This document shows, one piece after another, positions 13,331-24,864 of a stretch of DNA of 64,000 bases. The notes beneath the pieces are model-generated. The model searched no databases, had not been told where the DNA came from, and saw only the letters and a list, made by a program, of their open reading frames with translations. The stretch is from contig MU058423.1 of the NCBI GenBank assembly GCA_013265495.1, positions 881,061-945,060 of the forward strand, written 5' to 3'. The position numbers were made by a program, and so were the translations under genes. The stretch comes from Vicugna vicugna. Its lineage: Eukaryota. Within the stretch, counting starts at the first letter, position 1; each line of letters opens with the position of its first letter.

Positions 13331-15699
13331 ATTAACATAACTACCTGTTCCTGCCGTCTGCCTTGAATTTCTCACATCTCAAGACAGATATGTTGTCTCC
13401 CCACCCCTGAAGATTGTTCTCCATCTTCATTAAGATGTTGGTACCTTGTTGTTATCACCCCAGAGGTTCTCTCTTGCTCTGCCCTCATCTACCAGGGCTT
13501 CGTGATCTGGCTGGCTCCCCCTCCCATACCCTCTGCACCCCTAAGTTGCTTCCTTACTCTTTTACTCTGTTCTCTCTGTCTGGAAAACCCAATTGCATTG
13601 CCCTCTTCCATTCTCATCAGAAATTTGTCCACCTAGAGACATTCTTTGAGACATCCTCTTTCATTTGGGGTCTTGCCCCCTTGTCCACCTCCGACCACAC
13701 ACAACCACCCACCATCAGTTGGTCACCTTCTCCGTTAGTTTCCAACCTGCCTCATCATGACTGCGTTCTAGTCCTCATAACACTGTTGTGCAACTATTTG
13801 TTCTCATGACTTACTTCCAACTAAAGTGGAAGCCATGTGACAGCAGGAAATATGTTGATTTGTCTTTGTCACCTTGGTTTCTGGGGTGGTTCCTGAATGA
13901 ATGCTGAGTCCTCAACCTAATGGGTCTAATGGGGAAAAAAGACCGCCAGGCACCAGCACTAGTGAAGCAGCTCTACCAGCCAGTGGACCCAGCATCAAGG
14001 CCAAAGGGAACCCGGTGTGGGGTGAGCAAGGCTGCGAAGGGTGGTAAGCTTCATGAAGCTGGAAAGCAACTAGGAGGCAGTGCCTTGGTTCCAGGTGCCT
14101 TATTTGTTCAGAGAAAGACCCCAGCAGTGGCTGGTGTGGCAAAGGGATTGATGACAGCGAAGAGCAAAGCCGAGTGTCCAGACAAGAGGACAGAAAGCTG
14201 AGCAGAGTTTGTGGGTGAGCTCCCTCCTTATCCCAGACCATCAGTCTTGGGTTCCTAACAGATCCCAGGGCTTATCCAGAGGTAACGGTGAAGATAGAGC
14301 CTCTCAGGACAGACCTAGGAGCTGGGGATTACTGAGCCTTCTCAGGGACCTAAATGAATACTTTGGAGACTTCCAATTTGTCAAGGCAGCAGCTGACAGC
14401 ACCTAAGGCATACAGATGGCATGTGTTGCTTGAGGAGACGGTGAGGGAGCTGGCCCCACTATGACAGAGGGTTCACATTGTGACTAATGGGAGATGGAGC
14501 TAAAGAGTATAAATGCACTCTTCTTTGTCTATTCAAACAGGAGCAGTAACAAGGTAAAAGCCGAGACAAAAACCCATAGAGACAATTATTATTAGACAGC
14601 TGCAGGTAGACGGAAGTAAAAGCTGGGTGCCATCTTTGTTCACAAAGCCACAGAATATTGTATGAATGCCAAGCTCTGTCAGGGAAGAAAGAGCCTTTGT
14701 CAGATCTTGCTGCCGACACCGGGCACAGCCCTGAGCCCAGTGAATGTGGCTGGAACCTCGATCACTGGGCTTCCCACACCCAGATGTGTCCCATCAGGAC
14801 CCGCTTGGGGTGGAGGGGCAGAAGGGGGAGCCTGGGGCTCCACACTGCTTCTTTGGAGAAGTAACCTAGTAGCCCCTGAGCAGAAGGCGGGTGCCTTAGC
14901 AGGTACCAATTTTCAGTGGTGGGAAGAAGTTGGAGTAGAACCACCTGAAAAGTGTAAATCTTATTTCTTGCACTCTATCCCAGGGCTCTAGAGAAAGAAT
15001 GACAGGTCCCCTGCTGGATGCTGTGGAGCTCCGTTTCTTCTTCCCTGGCTGACCATCAGGGTTTCCAGAGCAGGAAGGAGAGAGGAGCTAGAGAGTACCA
15101 AAGCCATCCACCTGGGGTAGAGGGTGAGAGGGGAATGGAGACAATGTATAGACTTTGGAGTCACGCAGGCTCTGCCAGTTAGATCTTTGTAACCTCTCCC
15201 AGCCACGATTTCCTCATATGTAAAATGGGTATAATAATAGTGTCAGACTTGCAGGATTGGTGTCAAGCACGCATAAGCTAATGCATGCAAAGTTCGTAGC
15301 CCAGTGTTTGGCGTGTACTAAGTGCTCACTGCAGGTTGGCTATTGCCACTGTGATTATCTGTCCCCTGTCCTCACCGGGCTTAGGAATTCCAGCACTTAA
15401 CTTGCAACGTTGGCAGGTATCAAAATTCTGCCTGCTCGGTATCCTTGTGCTGCTGGGGAGCGCTGAGATTCCTGTGCAGGACGGGTTCCTACGGTGTGAG
15501 CCCAGCAGGGTCCCAGGATGCAGTGGTCTCTTCCCTGGCCAGCGGCCAGCACGTCGTCGGGCACCGGCTGCCTTCAGTCTCCTCTCGGCTCTTCCCACTT
15601 CCTGCCTCGGTTCTCACCCCCTTGGGAAACTCCGCTGTCATCTGCACGCACATCTGTTCTCTTAGCAGCGCATCCTCTGTGTGCATATCTCCCCGTTCT

Positions 15700-15885
15700 G
15701 CTACGCATTTGGGCAAACTACTGAACCACTCTGTGCCTTGGTTTTCTCATCTGAAAACTGGCAGTAATAATAGTGCCAGCATCGTGGGTTTGTTGGAGGT
15801 TAAACCAGGTAATTCACGTGAAGCACTTAGAACAATGACTGGATTATTTAAGTGATCTTTCAGTGTTAGCTGTTATTATTATTAG
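15700..15885 (+). mobile_element. MIR SINE (one of many; others near 6.2, 7.0, 15.2, 19.1, 21.2, 25.1, 25.8, 27.5, 28.6, 35.3 and 44.0 kb)
   Basis: ttgggcaaactactgaaccactctgtgccttggttttctcatctgaaaactgg...gtgaagcacttagaaca. Confidence 0.8.
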
Positions 15886-16389
15886 AGAAATTCTTATTAT
15901 TATTATAGGTCATGTCTCCTATGAGTAGGGATTTTGCTCTGAGGTGCCACTGTCCTGCGAAAACCCTGATGAATTCCCCAGCCTTAGGAACCTTTCAGAA
16001 ACTATGAATTCATGAACATAATAACCCACCTGTGAGCAACCTTCTGACTCAAACAAGCACTAATAATAGAAAGAGTAAAAACCTCGAATCATACCTGAGG
16101 GCCTGAGGCCTGAATGTCTCTCTGAGTTTCTTTTAAGGGATGGTGGAGGCTGTGCACGCAAAGACGAGCATGTTGGGTGGCAACAGACATGTATCTAGAT
16201 TTTGAAGTTAGCAATAAAGTTACTATGGTCCCATAGCTGCAAACACTAGAAGAAAACATAGCTCACAAAGAATGAGAGACTCTAAAAGTGAAATTATAAC
16301 AATAAAAAGCATGTATAATTCTAACAAGGAAGAAAATGGGATGTCTACAAAAATCAGTGTGGCTACATGAGAAACCTCTAACCCTGATT

Positions 16390-17060
16390 TTAAAAATCGA
16401 ACTGGGAGAAAATATATTTGCAGCAAATATCGGATAAATGGCTAATATCTTTAACGTATAAAGTGCTCACACAAATCAATAGTAAAACCCCTAGGATACA
16501 GTGGGAAAGTGATAAACAATTTACAAAAGAAATAAAGCCAGCTTTCCAAACCTTACTGGTAATCACAATGAAAATTCAAACAATAAAAGATTTACCCTGT
16601 AAATTTGCAAAGATTTCAATTTTGATTTTTAATGACTACCCATATCTGATAAGGGTGCAGCAAATAGTCCCATTCAAACAGCACAAGTGGAATGCGGTAC
16701 CCAAGAGAGTCACTTCTTAGGTTTATCCTAAGGAAATAGCGCTATTTCAGAAGTACTGTTATTCATAGTGTTATTTGTATGAGCGAAAATTAGAAATAAT
16801 TGAAATGCAACCATGTAGAATGATGTTTATGATGAAGTTCACGGTGATATGGGAAAATGCAGGAGAAAATTGCTCAGGTATTATGGTCACATCTATGATT
16901 TTTAAAAACAACAACAAAGACTAGCAGAAAAGAAAATACTAACGGTAGTGTCTTTGGGTGATGGAACAATGGACCATTAGTTCTTTCTGCATTTGTGCTT
17001 GGTGATTAGACTTTCTGCAGTAAGCATGCATTAGTTTTATTATGAAAAAAAAACTTTATT
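16390..17060 (+). mobile_element. Old L1 (L1ME-like) 3' fragment
   Basis: actgggagaaaatatatttgca...gctaatatctttaacgtataaagtgctc; A-rich L1 ORF2/3' UTR remnant. Confidence 0.55.
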
Positions 17061-19302
17061 TAAAAGTTCAGGAGATATGAAGAGACTAGGAAGAAGGTTC
17101 ACGTAATTGAAGATAAATTCAACAGACGAGTGGGATCATGGGGCCCAATGTCAGGGGACCTTAAAGCTTCAGGTGGGTCCGGCTGGTGGGAAGCGCTGCG
17201 ATCCACCAGGGGAACTTGTGTTCTCCCAAGGACATGTGCACGGCGAGGAAGCGTATGCAGAGTTGACAGGAAGAACTCAGCACAATGGGCTGCTGTGTTA
17301 GAGAGTAAGGAGAATCCTATGGACCATAGACCTATGGGTCAAAAAGTCACAGGAGTGTTGGGACCTCAGTGATCCCCAGTGTAGTCTGCTGCTTCCCAGC
17401 GTGTGCACCCTGGACCACTGCTGGTCCTCAAGATGACTCTAAATGAAACTTGAGGCAATGTAGGTGGTATATGAATGTGGAATTATTTTTTTAAGCTTTT
17501 TCTTTTCCATTTCCTTTCAATCTTTCCAATTATACCAAGGAGAAAGTTTTCGTTTGATGAGTTAGATTAGCCTTGTTAGATTAGCCTTGCTACTCTCTCT
17601 TCCTAGCAAAGCATGAGCAAGCTTCGGGCTCGGTACCTTAAGTGGGCAACAGCATCTGGCTGGCATTTAGTAATGCGGGTGGTGTGTGGACATAGCAGAA
17701 CGGCCAGGGCAAGAGAAAGATGCGTGAAGAGTGGTAAACATTCAGGCATCTGGAACATGAGGGGGCAGGAAGCAGGGTGGCTTGCTGTGAGTCACTCAGC
17801 TGGCCAACGGCAGCCTAAGCCTGGCCACCCCCCTAAAAGCCCCATCAGCTCTCAAGCCCCAAGATCTCTCCCCCTGAACCCCACATGCTCTCTTGCCTTC
17901 TACGGAGCTGCCTCTTCTAGGCCAGTATTTCTCCACTTTCCTCTAAGCGACAGACTTACCCTGTCTTTTCTTTGCTGTGATTGTTATTTCTTGTTTGGTT
18001 TTGTGTTTGCTGTTGGATTTTATTTTTTCTTTGAATTGGGGACGGCACAGGATCATGATATCAGGGCAACTAAAAGCATATTTCATTTGCCTCTGCACTT
18101 TTCCTAAAAAGCCAGCATCTTCTGCATCTTTCTCTGGAGGCCACGCTGCTCCCTGGTACTGGGCTTCACCTATTAACAACAAAAGCAGCCTTTGCCTTTT
18201 GTTTTCCGTTTCAGTTTTCAGATGTGAATTTGTCTGAGAGTCTCCAGCATGGCCACACTGGTGTCTTTAGATGCCTTCTGATTGGGATCATTTGTGCCGT
18301 GTAGTCCATTTCCCCTGAGATCTCCGGCCATGGGTTGGTGCCTTTGGTCTTGCCTGTGCTGCTGACTAGCTGAGGGACCTTGTGCAAGTCACTCAGCCTT
18401 GCTGAGCCGGTAATAACACCACCCTGCTTCGCTGTCAGGATCGCATGGAGGACCAAATGAGCTGCTAGTCACAAAGTGCTTTGCAGGGCAAAATGCATCC
18501 CACAATAACATGCGTTATTCAGCTCCTATTTTTCTTTTGCTTTTCTCATCAAGGAAAACGTTCTTCAGATTGGAAAGCGTAAAACTAGCACCATTAAAAA
18601 GAGACCCAAAGCTCAAAATAGGTGGAAAGAGGGAGAGTAGTTCAGTCTTTAAATGAGCTCCATCCCTGGATGCCTTAGAACCATCAGGCCTGATCTGCAG
18701 GCTGGGGTGTGCTGTGCAGGCCGTGTTGTCTGGGGACCAGAGTAGGTTTGATGGAGGGAGAACAGGAGGGACAGCGGGTGCTTTGGCCACTGTCCCATGT
18801 GAGACACTACTGAAAGAAACTGGGAGATTTAGATAAGAAAAAGCCTGGAGGATGATACACGCACCACTGCCCGCCCAGAAGAGAGATTCCTCCAAGAGCC
18901 TCACAAATTACCTTGTCCAGCCTCCTGGGACTCTCCTCGGGATCTCTGAGGGAAGTCCACCATCTCCCCAGCAGCCCCCTTGGCAGTACTGGGGAGGAAG
19001 CGGAGAGACCATGGAGCAGTGAGACTCCCGGCTTCTGTGAGTCCTTCCCTAGCTCAGCTGCCTTGCTGGGACCACCTGTCTGGGTGCAGATCGGGATGTC
19101 ACACTTATAAACCATATGACCTGGCTGTGTCAGGGCTTTTCCATCTGTAAAATGGAAATGATATCTCCCTCATAGGCTTGCTGTGAAGTTTAGGAAAGAT
19201 GCCATGAAATTCTTAGCACAAAATACACGCTCAAGAGATGTTCATTCTTTTCCTTTCTCTACTTCTCATATCCCTGTTTCTGATTATAAAAAGAGAACTG
19301 CA

Positions 19303-19393
19303 GAGGGAGGGTAGAGCTCAGTGGTAGAGTGTGCTTAGCATGCACAAGGTCCAGAATTCAATCCCCAGTACCTTCATTTAAAAAAAGAGAGAG
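19303..19393 (+). mobile_element. Short tRNA-Ala-derived SINE (camelid type)
   Basis: A-box AGCTCAGTGGTAGAG, TTAGCATGCA anticodon-like arm, degenerate B-box TTCAATCCCCAG, A-rich tail, near-perfect TSD agagaactgc/agagaattgc. Confidence 0.85.
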
Positions 19394-19409
19394 AGAGAAT
19401 TGCTTCCAC

Positions 19410-19998
19410 AAAAAATTCAACATGGATTTCCATATAATCTGGCAATTCCGTTTCTGGGTATATAGTCAAGAGTTGGAAGCAGGGGCTCAAACAGACTTTT
19501 GTACACCCATACTCACAGCAGCCTTATTCACAGCAGCCAGAAGGTGGAAGCAACCCAAATAGCCATCCACAGATAAGTGGACAGACAAAATGTGGTGTAC
19601 GCTTACAGTGGAATATTATTCAGCCTTAAAAAGGAAGGACATTCTGACATGCACTACACCATGGGTGAACTGTGATGACATTATGCTGAGTGAAATAAGC
19701 CAGGCACAAAAGGACAGATACTGTATGATTCCACTCACATGCGGTACTTAGAGTAGTCAAATTTATAGAGTCAGAAAGTTGAATGGTGGTTGCCAGAGGC
19801 TGGGAGAAGGTGGGGAATGGCCAAATAGTGTTTAATAGGCATGGAGTTTCAGTTTGAGAAGATAAGAAAGTTCTGGAAATGGATGGTGGTGATAGTTGCA
19901 CAGTATAAATGCATTTAATGCCACTGAACAGTACACACCTAAAAATGGTCACAATGGTAAATTGTATGTTATTATTATTTTACCACAATAAGAAAAAT
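19410..19998 (+). mobile_element. L1MB-type LINE-1 3' end
   Basis: ggcaattccgtttctgggtatata...aggtggaagcaacccaaa...ggaatattattcagccttaaaaagg...ttttaccacaataagaaaaa. Confidence 0.85.
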
Positions 19999-20644
19999 TG
20001 CTTACATAACTGTAAAAATGTATACCTTAATTTTAGGCCATGGTGGCCAGCACTGCAGGAGGAGAGGACCCTGGCTGGACCTCCAGCCAGTAGGGTGGTG
20101 GGAACAGGTGGTTCATGGCTAACCAATGCGTGCTTCCAGGTGTCCAAGCCCCACAGCCCCCTGGAAAACCCAAATCCCAGAGGGACTCTGAGGCCCAGGA
20201 CTGGAGCTGGCCACCCTGGGCTTCTTGAATAGATAGGTAACTGGGCCTCCCCCATCCTGTCTGCAGTGCCACCATGGACCCAGGACGTTTTAAATGGCCT
20301 GCTGTTGAGGGTGCCAAAGAAACCCACGTGCACTTTCAGGCCCTGGGCTGGGTTGAGCTCACACTTGGAGACAGGTCACACCAGGTGCCATGCTACCTAG
20401 CTGCCGAGACCCAGAACTCCTGCCCCAAGACCAGCTCCACTGCCAGCTAGCTATAAGGTCACTGACCTCTCGGGACCTCTAACACCCATCACTAAAGTGC
20501 TTAATCTGTCCCCAGCCCAGGGACCTCTGCAGACAGGGAGGGGAAATCTCCATTCCGCTCCACACAGCTTCCTGGGCATGTGACAACAGGGTGCCAGTCA
20601 GAAAGGACAATGAGGAGGGTCAACAGATCCTGCCCTTGGGGAAG

Positions 20645-21082
20645 GTATTAGTTTCCCAGGGCTGCTGTACAGAGTACTGCCGACTGGATGCTTAGGACAA
20701 CAGGAATGTATTCTCTTGCAGCTCTGTGGGCTGGAAGTCAGAAATCAAGGTGTCAGCAGGCTGGTTCCTTTCCAGAGGCTCTGAGGGAGAACCCACTGCC
20801 CGCCTCTCTGCTGGCTTCTCTGGTTGCTGGCAGTCTCTGACTTGTAAGTGCATCACTGCAGCCTCCACCTCCGTCTTCACATGGCCATCCTCCCTCTGTG
20901 CGTGTCCACGTTGCCCTCTTCTTTTAAGGACACCAGTCATTGGATTAGGGGCCAACCTAAAGCTGTATGTCCGCATCTTAACTTGATTACATCCATAAAG
21001 ACCCTATTCCAAATAAGGTCCCATTCACAAGTTCCAGGAGTTAGGACTTCTATATATTATTTCAGGAAGACACAGTTCAACC
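20645..21082 (-). mobile_element. MaLR solo LTR (MLT1-type)
   Basis: tattagtttcccagggctgctgta...ggctggaagtcagaaatcaaggtgtcagcagg...aaggacaccagtcattggattagggcc...ccaaataaggtc. Confidence 0.85.
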
Positions 21083-21957
21083 CAGGGAGCTTCCAACAGT
21101 GAGAGTGAAAAAGAGCAAAAAAGAAAGTAAAAACTTAAGAGCCAGTTTGAGTTGGTCTTCTCACCCTCTCAGAGCCTCAGCTTGCTCAACTGTACAATGG
21201 AATAACAGTATCTACCTTGCAGGGTAGAAAATATGTAAGGCAACTGGCACTTTGTAGCCACTTAGTAAGTAGTGACTAATATTGTTCTAACTATTATTAT
21301 CATTGTTATTATTAACTGAACAGTGTAGATGTATGCGACTGTAGCATAGGAGAGGTTCAAGCAGAATTCCCTGGAGAGAGATTAGCTCAAATTGGGGGAA
21401 ACAGGATTAGCTTAATAGAAGAGATGATATGAAACAGGCCTGGGAAAGACTGCGAGGATTTTGACAGGCCGTACCTGCAGTGGAGGGAAATCCAGGAAGT
21501 AGGAGCTACACAAACAAGCTTCGGAAGCAGGGAAGTATAAAGCATGATTGAAGAAGAGCTCCAAGTTCCATTTGGCTGGAACACTGGGAAATGAATGAAG
21601 AGTGATGGTAATTAAAGTTGTAAAGGAGCATTTGGACCACAGAACATGGGAAGTTTGCACTTAATTCATAGTCAATGGGGAGCCAATGAATGTTTTTTGG
21701 AAGGAGTGAGGCAATTAAACCTGCATTTAAGAAAATTAATCTGGCTGCAGTGTGCAGGATCAGAGAGCCCTGGCTCAGGGAGCGATCCGGGGCGGAACCA
21801 GGAGGAGATCCCCGTGGGAGGGGAGAGCTTTCCTGGCTAAAGGCAGACGGTGGCTTGTAGGAAGTGTCCAGGGACTCAGTCATGGCTTGGCGTGGCCACC
21901 CTGGACAAGTCGTACACCCGCCCTGGTTACCGTTACCTCATTATGAGCTGGGCGGCC

Positions 21958-22398
21958 AAGTGAAATAAGCCAGACAGAGAAAGACAAGTACTGCGTGGTA
22001 TCATGTAGATGTGGAATCTTTAAAAAAAAAAAAAACTTACAGAAATAGAATGGTGGTTGCCAGGTTGAGGGGTTGGGGGGGATCAGGAGAGGCTGGTAAA
22101 AGGGTACAAACTTTCAGTTATAAGATGAATGAGGTCTGAGGAGCTAATGTAAAACATGGTGACTGGGGTTGATAATGCTGCATTGTATAATTGAAATTTG
22201 CTGGGGTTGTAGAACTCAAATGTTCTCACTAAAATAAAAAAAGATAAATCTATGAGGTGATGGATAGGTTAATTAGCCAGATGAGGGACTCCTTTCACAA
22301 TGTATACACGTATCAAGTCATGACGATATACACTTTAAAGATCTTAGATTTTATTTGTCAGTTATACCTTAATAAAGCTGAAATTAAAAAAAAAAAAA
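21958..22398 (+). mobile_element. L1MA-type LINE-1 3' end with poly-A tail
   Basis: aagtgaaataagccagacagagaaagacaagtactg...gggtacaaactttcagttataagatgaat...aataaagctg followed by a poly-A run. Confidence 0.85.
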
Positions 22399-23916
22399 CC
22401 AGGGTGGCCAGTGATGGACACTGGGAGATCTTTAAGACCCTCCCGCAAGAAGGGTACTCTTGTCCTAAGAAGACACCAGCAGGGCCTTCACCTGAGCTGC
22501 TTTCGCTTGGGGGTGGAGGAGAGGCGGGGAGAATCAGCCTTGCCCCAGCCCTGCCCCCTCCCCTGCCCCTGCCGGGGACCAGAAGCTCCAGATCTCTCTG
22601 GCAGCTTCGGAGAGGCCAGAGCCCGGTCAGGCTGCTGGCGAGCTGTGAGCAGTCTTAATTGTTGCACATTAACTTAACTTTCGCCTCGGTCTTACTTTAG
22701 AATTCTGTGAATATTTATGAGCGAGCTCTTGCTTAATGAGGAGGGGAACAGAGACATTAATGAGCTTTTATCCCCCAGTTGGGCTTGGAGATTTTTTTTT
22801 GTTTCATAGCTCTAATCTGAATTCCAGGCCTGCTGTACGTTTTTTTCCTCCTGGTTTCTCAGAGGTGAGACCTGCGGGGCATTTTTCATGGTTCCCTTCC
22901 AGGCAGAATCTAAGCCGACAAAAGTGGAAGGGGCATGTGTGCACCTGTGTGTGCACACTTGTGAATGCGTACAAGAGAGACTGTGTGTGCACACGTGTGG
23001 CCATACATGGGGACCCGTGAGCTCTCCTGAATGCAAAGAAGACTTGTCCATGGTCAAATGAGAACCAGAAGTTGCTTCTCACCTTGAGTTCGGCCTCGCA
23101 GAGATGAAAGGAAACATAAAGCAAGAACCTATATCTTTCCCTGGGTCTTCTTTGCAGGAGGCAGGAGCTGAGGTGTGGGGCTGGGCCTCCCCAGGGTCTC
23201 CTCAAAATGGGACAGAACCTGAGGCCTGCCCACCTGCCCCTGTGAGCCTGGAAGTCTCTGCAGAGAGCAAGGCCCAGACCTGCCCTGCAAAGCCAGAGGA
23301 GGGAGTGAGGGGGCTGCTTGGAGCAGCCAGCCCAGGGCTTGGAGCCAGAAGGCAGATTTAGGGGGACAATACATGGTCTCACCTGCACCCAGGAAGCTGG
23401 AGAACGTCACAGTCCCCTCCCTTGCATCCGCTCCCCTGGGGTCTTAGCCCAGTCTCCACAGGGTATGAAAGAGCCTGGCCGCTGTGTATTTAACAGAAGA
23501 GCAGAGAAGGCCTTTGGGAAGTCGAAAACCCCTCCCTGCTGAAATGTCAGGCTGTTTCTCCCTGGCCTTCCCTCCAGGGGACCCTCCAGCTCTCTCTGCC
23601 TGACACCCATCTGCTTTTAGCCTCTGATCTGACATTAGGCACGCCACCCTTCAGTGTGCATTTGGCCAAAGCCGGTGGGAATGTGTTCTTCCCCTGCTGG
23701 GAGGAGAGGCTGGGCTTCAGGTCCAGGCACAGGCAGGTCTTTGCGGTCCGCCCAGCCCTGGTCCTCCCCCATCCCCCACCCCTACCCCCGCAGCCCAGAA
23801 GCCGCCTCCCACCAATTCTCATTGCCATCCCAGATGCATGTTTTATAGCGGCTTCAGCTGCCTGGAACCCACCAGCCCAGGAAAGAAGGTCACGAAGCCC
23901 AGCCCTGAACACTCGT

Positions 23917-23921
<5 letters not shown>

Positions 23922-23948
<27 letters not shown>
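23922..23948. repeat. (TG)n microsatellite
   Basis: Directly visible. Confidence 0.95.
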
Positions 23949-23949
<1 letters not shown>

Positions 23950-24829
23950 CACGCACATGCACATGCCTGTAGGAACGGCTCACACCCAGTATTAAGCTAA
24001 ACTGTCAGCCCTCGAGTGGTCAACAGATGCTGAAGAACTGACTACAAGGAGAACTGAAAGCTGGTTCAGTGCTATAAAAGCCAAATGAATTACAGCCGCT
24101 GAGAGCGCCGGTCACTGTTCACGCGCCGTCACGCGTGCCCAGGGGCGCTTCTGCTCATCACTGATGGGACAGGTCATTTCTGTCGTAGGCGTCACTTGAT
24201 TCGGCCTTAAATTCTGTGTCCATTCACTCGGCTTCTCATCACTCATGTAGTGTCGTGATCTGCTCCCTCCTTTTTTCATAAAGTTTAGTTTTATTGGAGA
24301 TGGGAGCTAGGCTCTTTTTTCATTAAAATACAGAAAATCCCTCCCCAGTTAAATGTCAGGCTGTTTCTCCCTGGCCTTCCCTCAGCCTTTCAGCCTCTGG
24401 GGACTCTCCAGCTCTCTCCGCCTGAGAAGAAAGACAGTGGATAGGGTAGGAGGAGGAAAGGAACCGTGATTTCTGATCACCCAAACCCACAGGTGAAATT
24501 ACTGCCTCCGTGGTCTTGGACACTTTTTAGTCTCTGGATGGATACTGCCAAGTCACTTTCCAAAAGAGCTGTACCAGTGAGCGGTGTACGAGAGTGCCCA
24601 TTTCAATGCAGCCTCACTGGGACTAGTTTCTCATGTTTTTTCCTAATTTTTGCTAATTTGATGGGCTAAAATGACAGTCCTTCCTTGCGGCCTGAATTCG
24701 TATGTTTAGTATAAAGTGAGGTTGGATATTTTCCCGTGTGCTTATTGGCTAGTTGTAGTGTTCACAGCATTCAGATTAGAAGAAAACATTGATTTGTGCA
24801 CGAGCTGGGCTCATGGACGTGGGGAGCGC

Positions 24830-24831
<2 letters not shown>

Positions 24832-24863
<32 letters not shown>
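24832..24863. repeat. (TG)16 microsatellite
   Basis: Directly visible. Confidence 0.95.

Positions 24864-24864
<1 letters not shown>

Noticed and set aside
19303..19380. tRNA-Ala gene (also at 37457-37540)
   Set aside because: Mismatched stems, poly-A tails and a TSD indicate retroposed SINE copies, not functional tRNAs.
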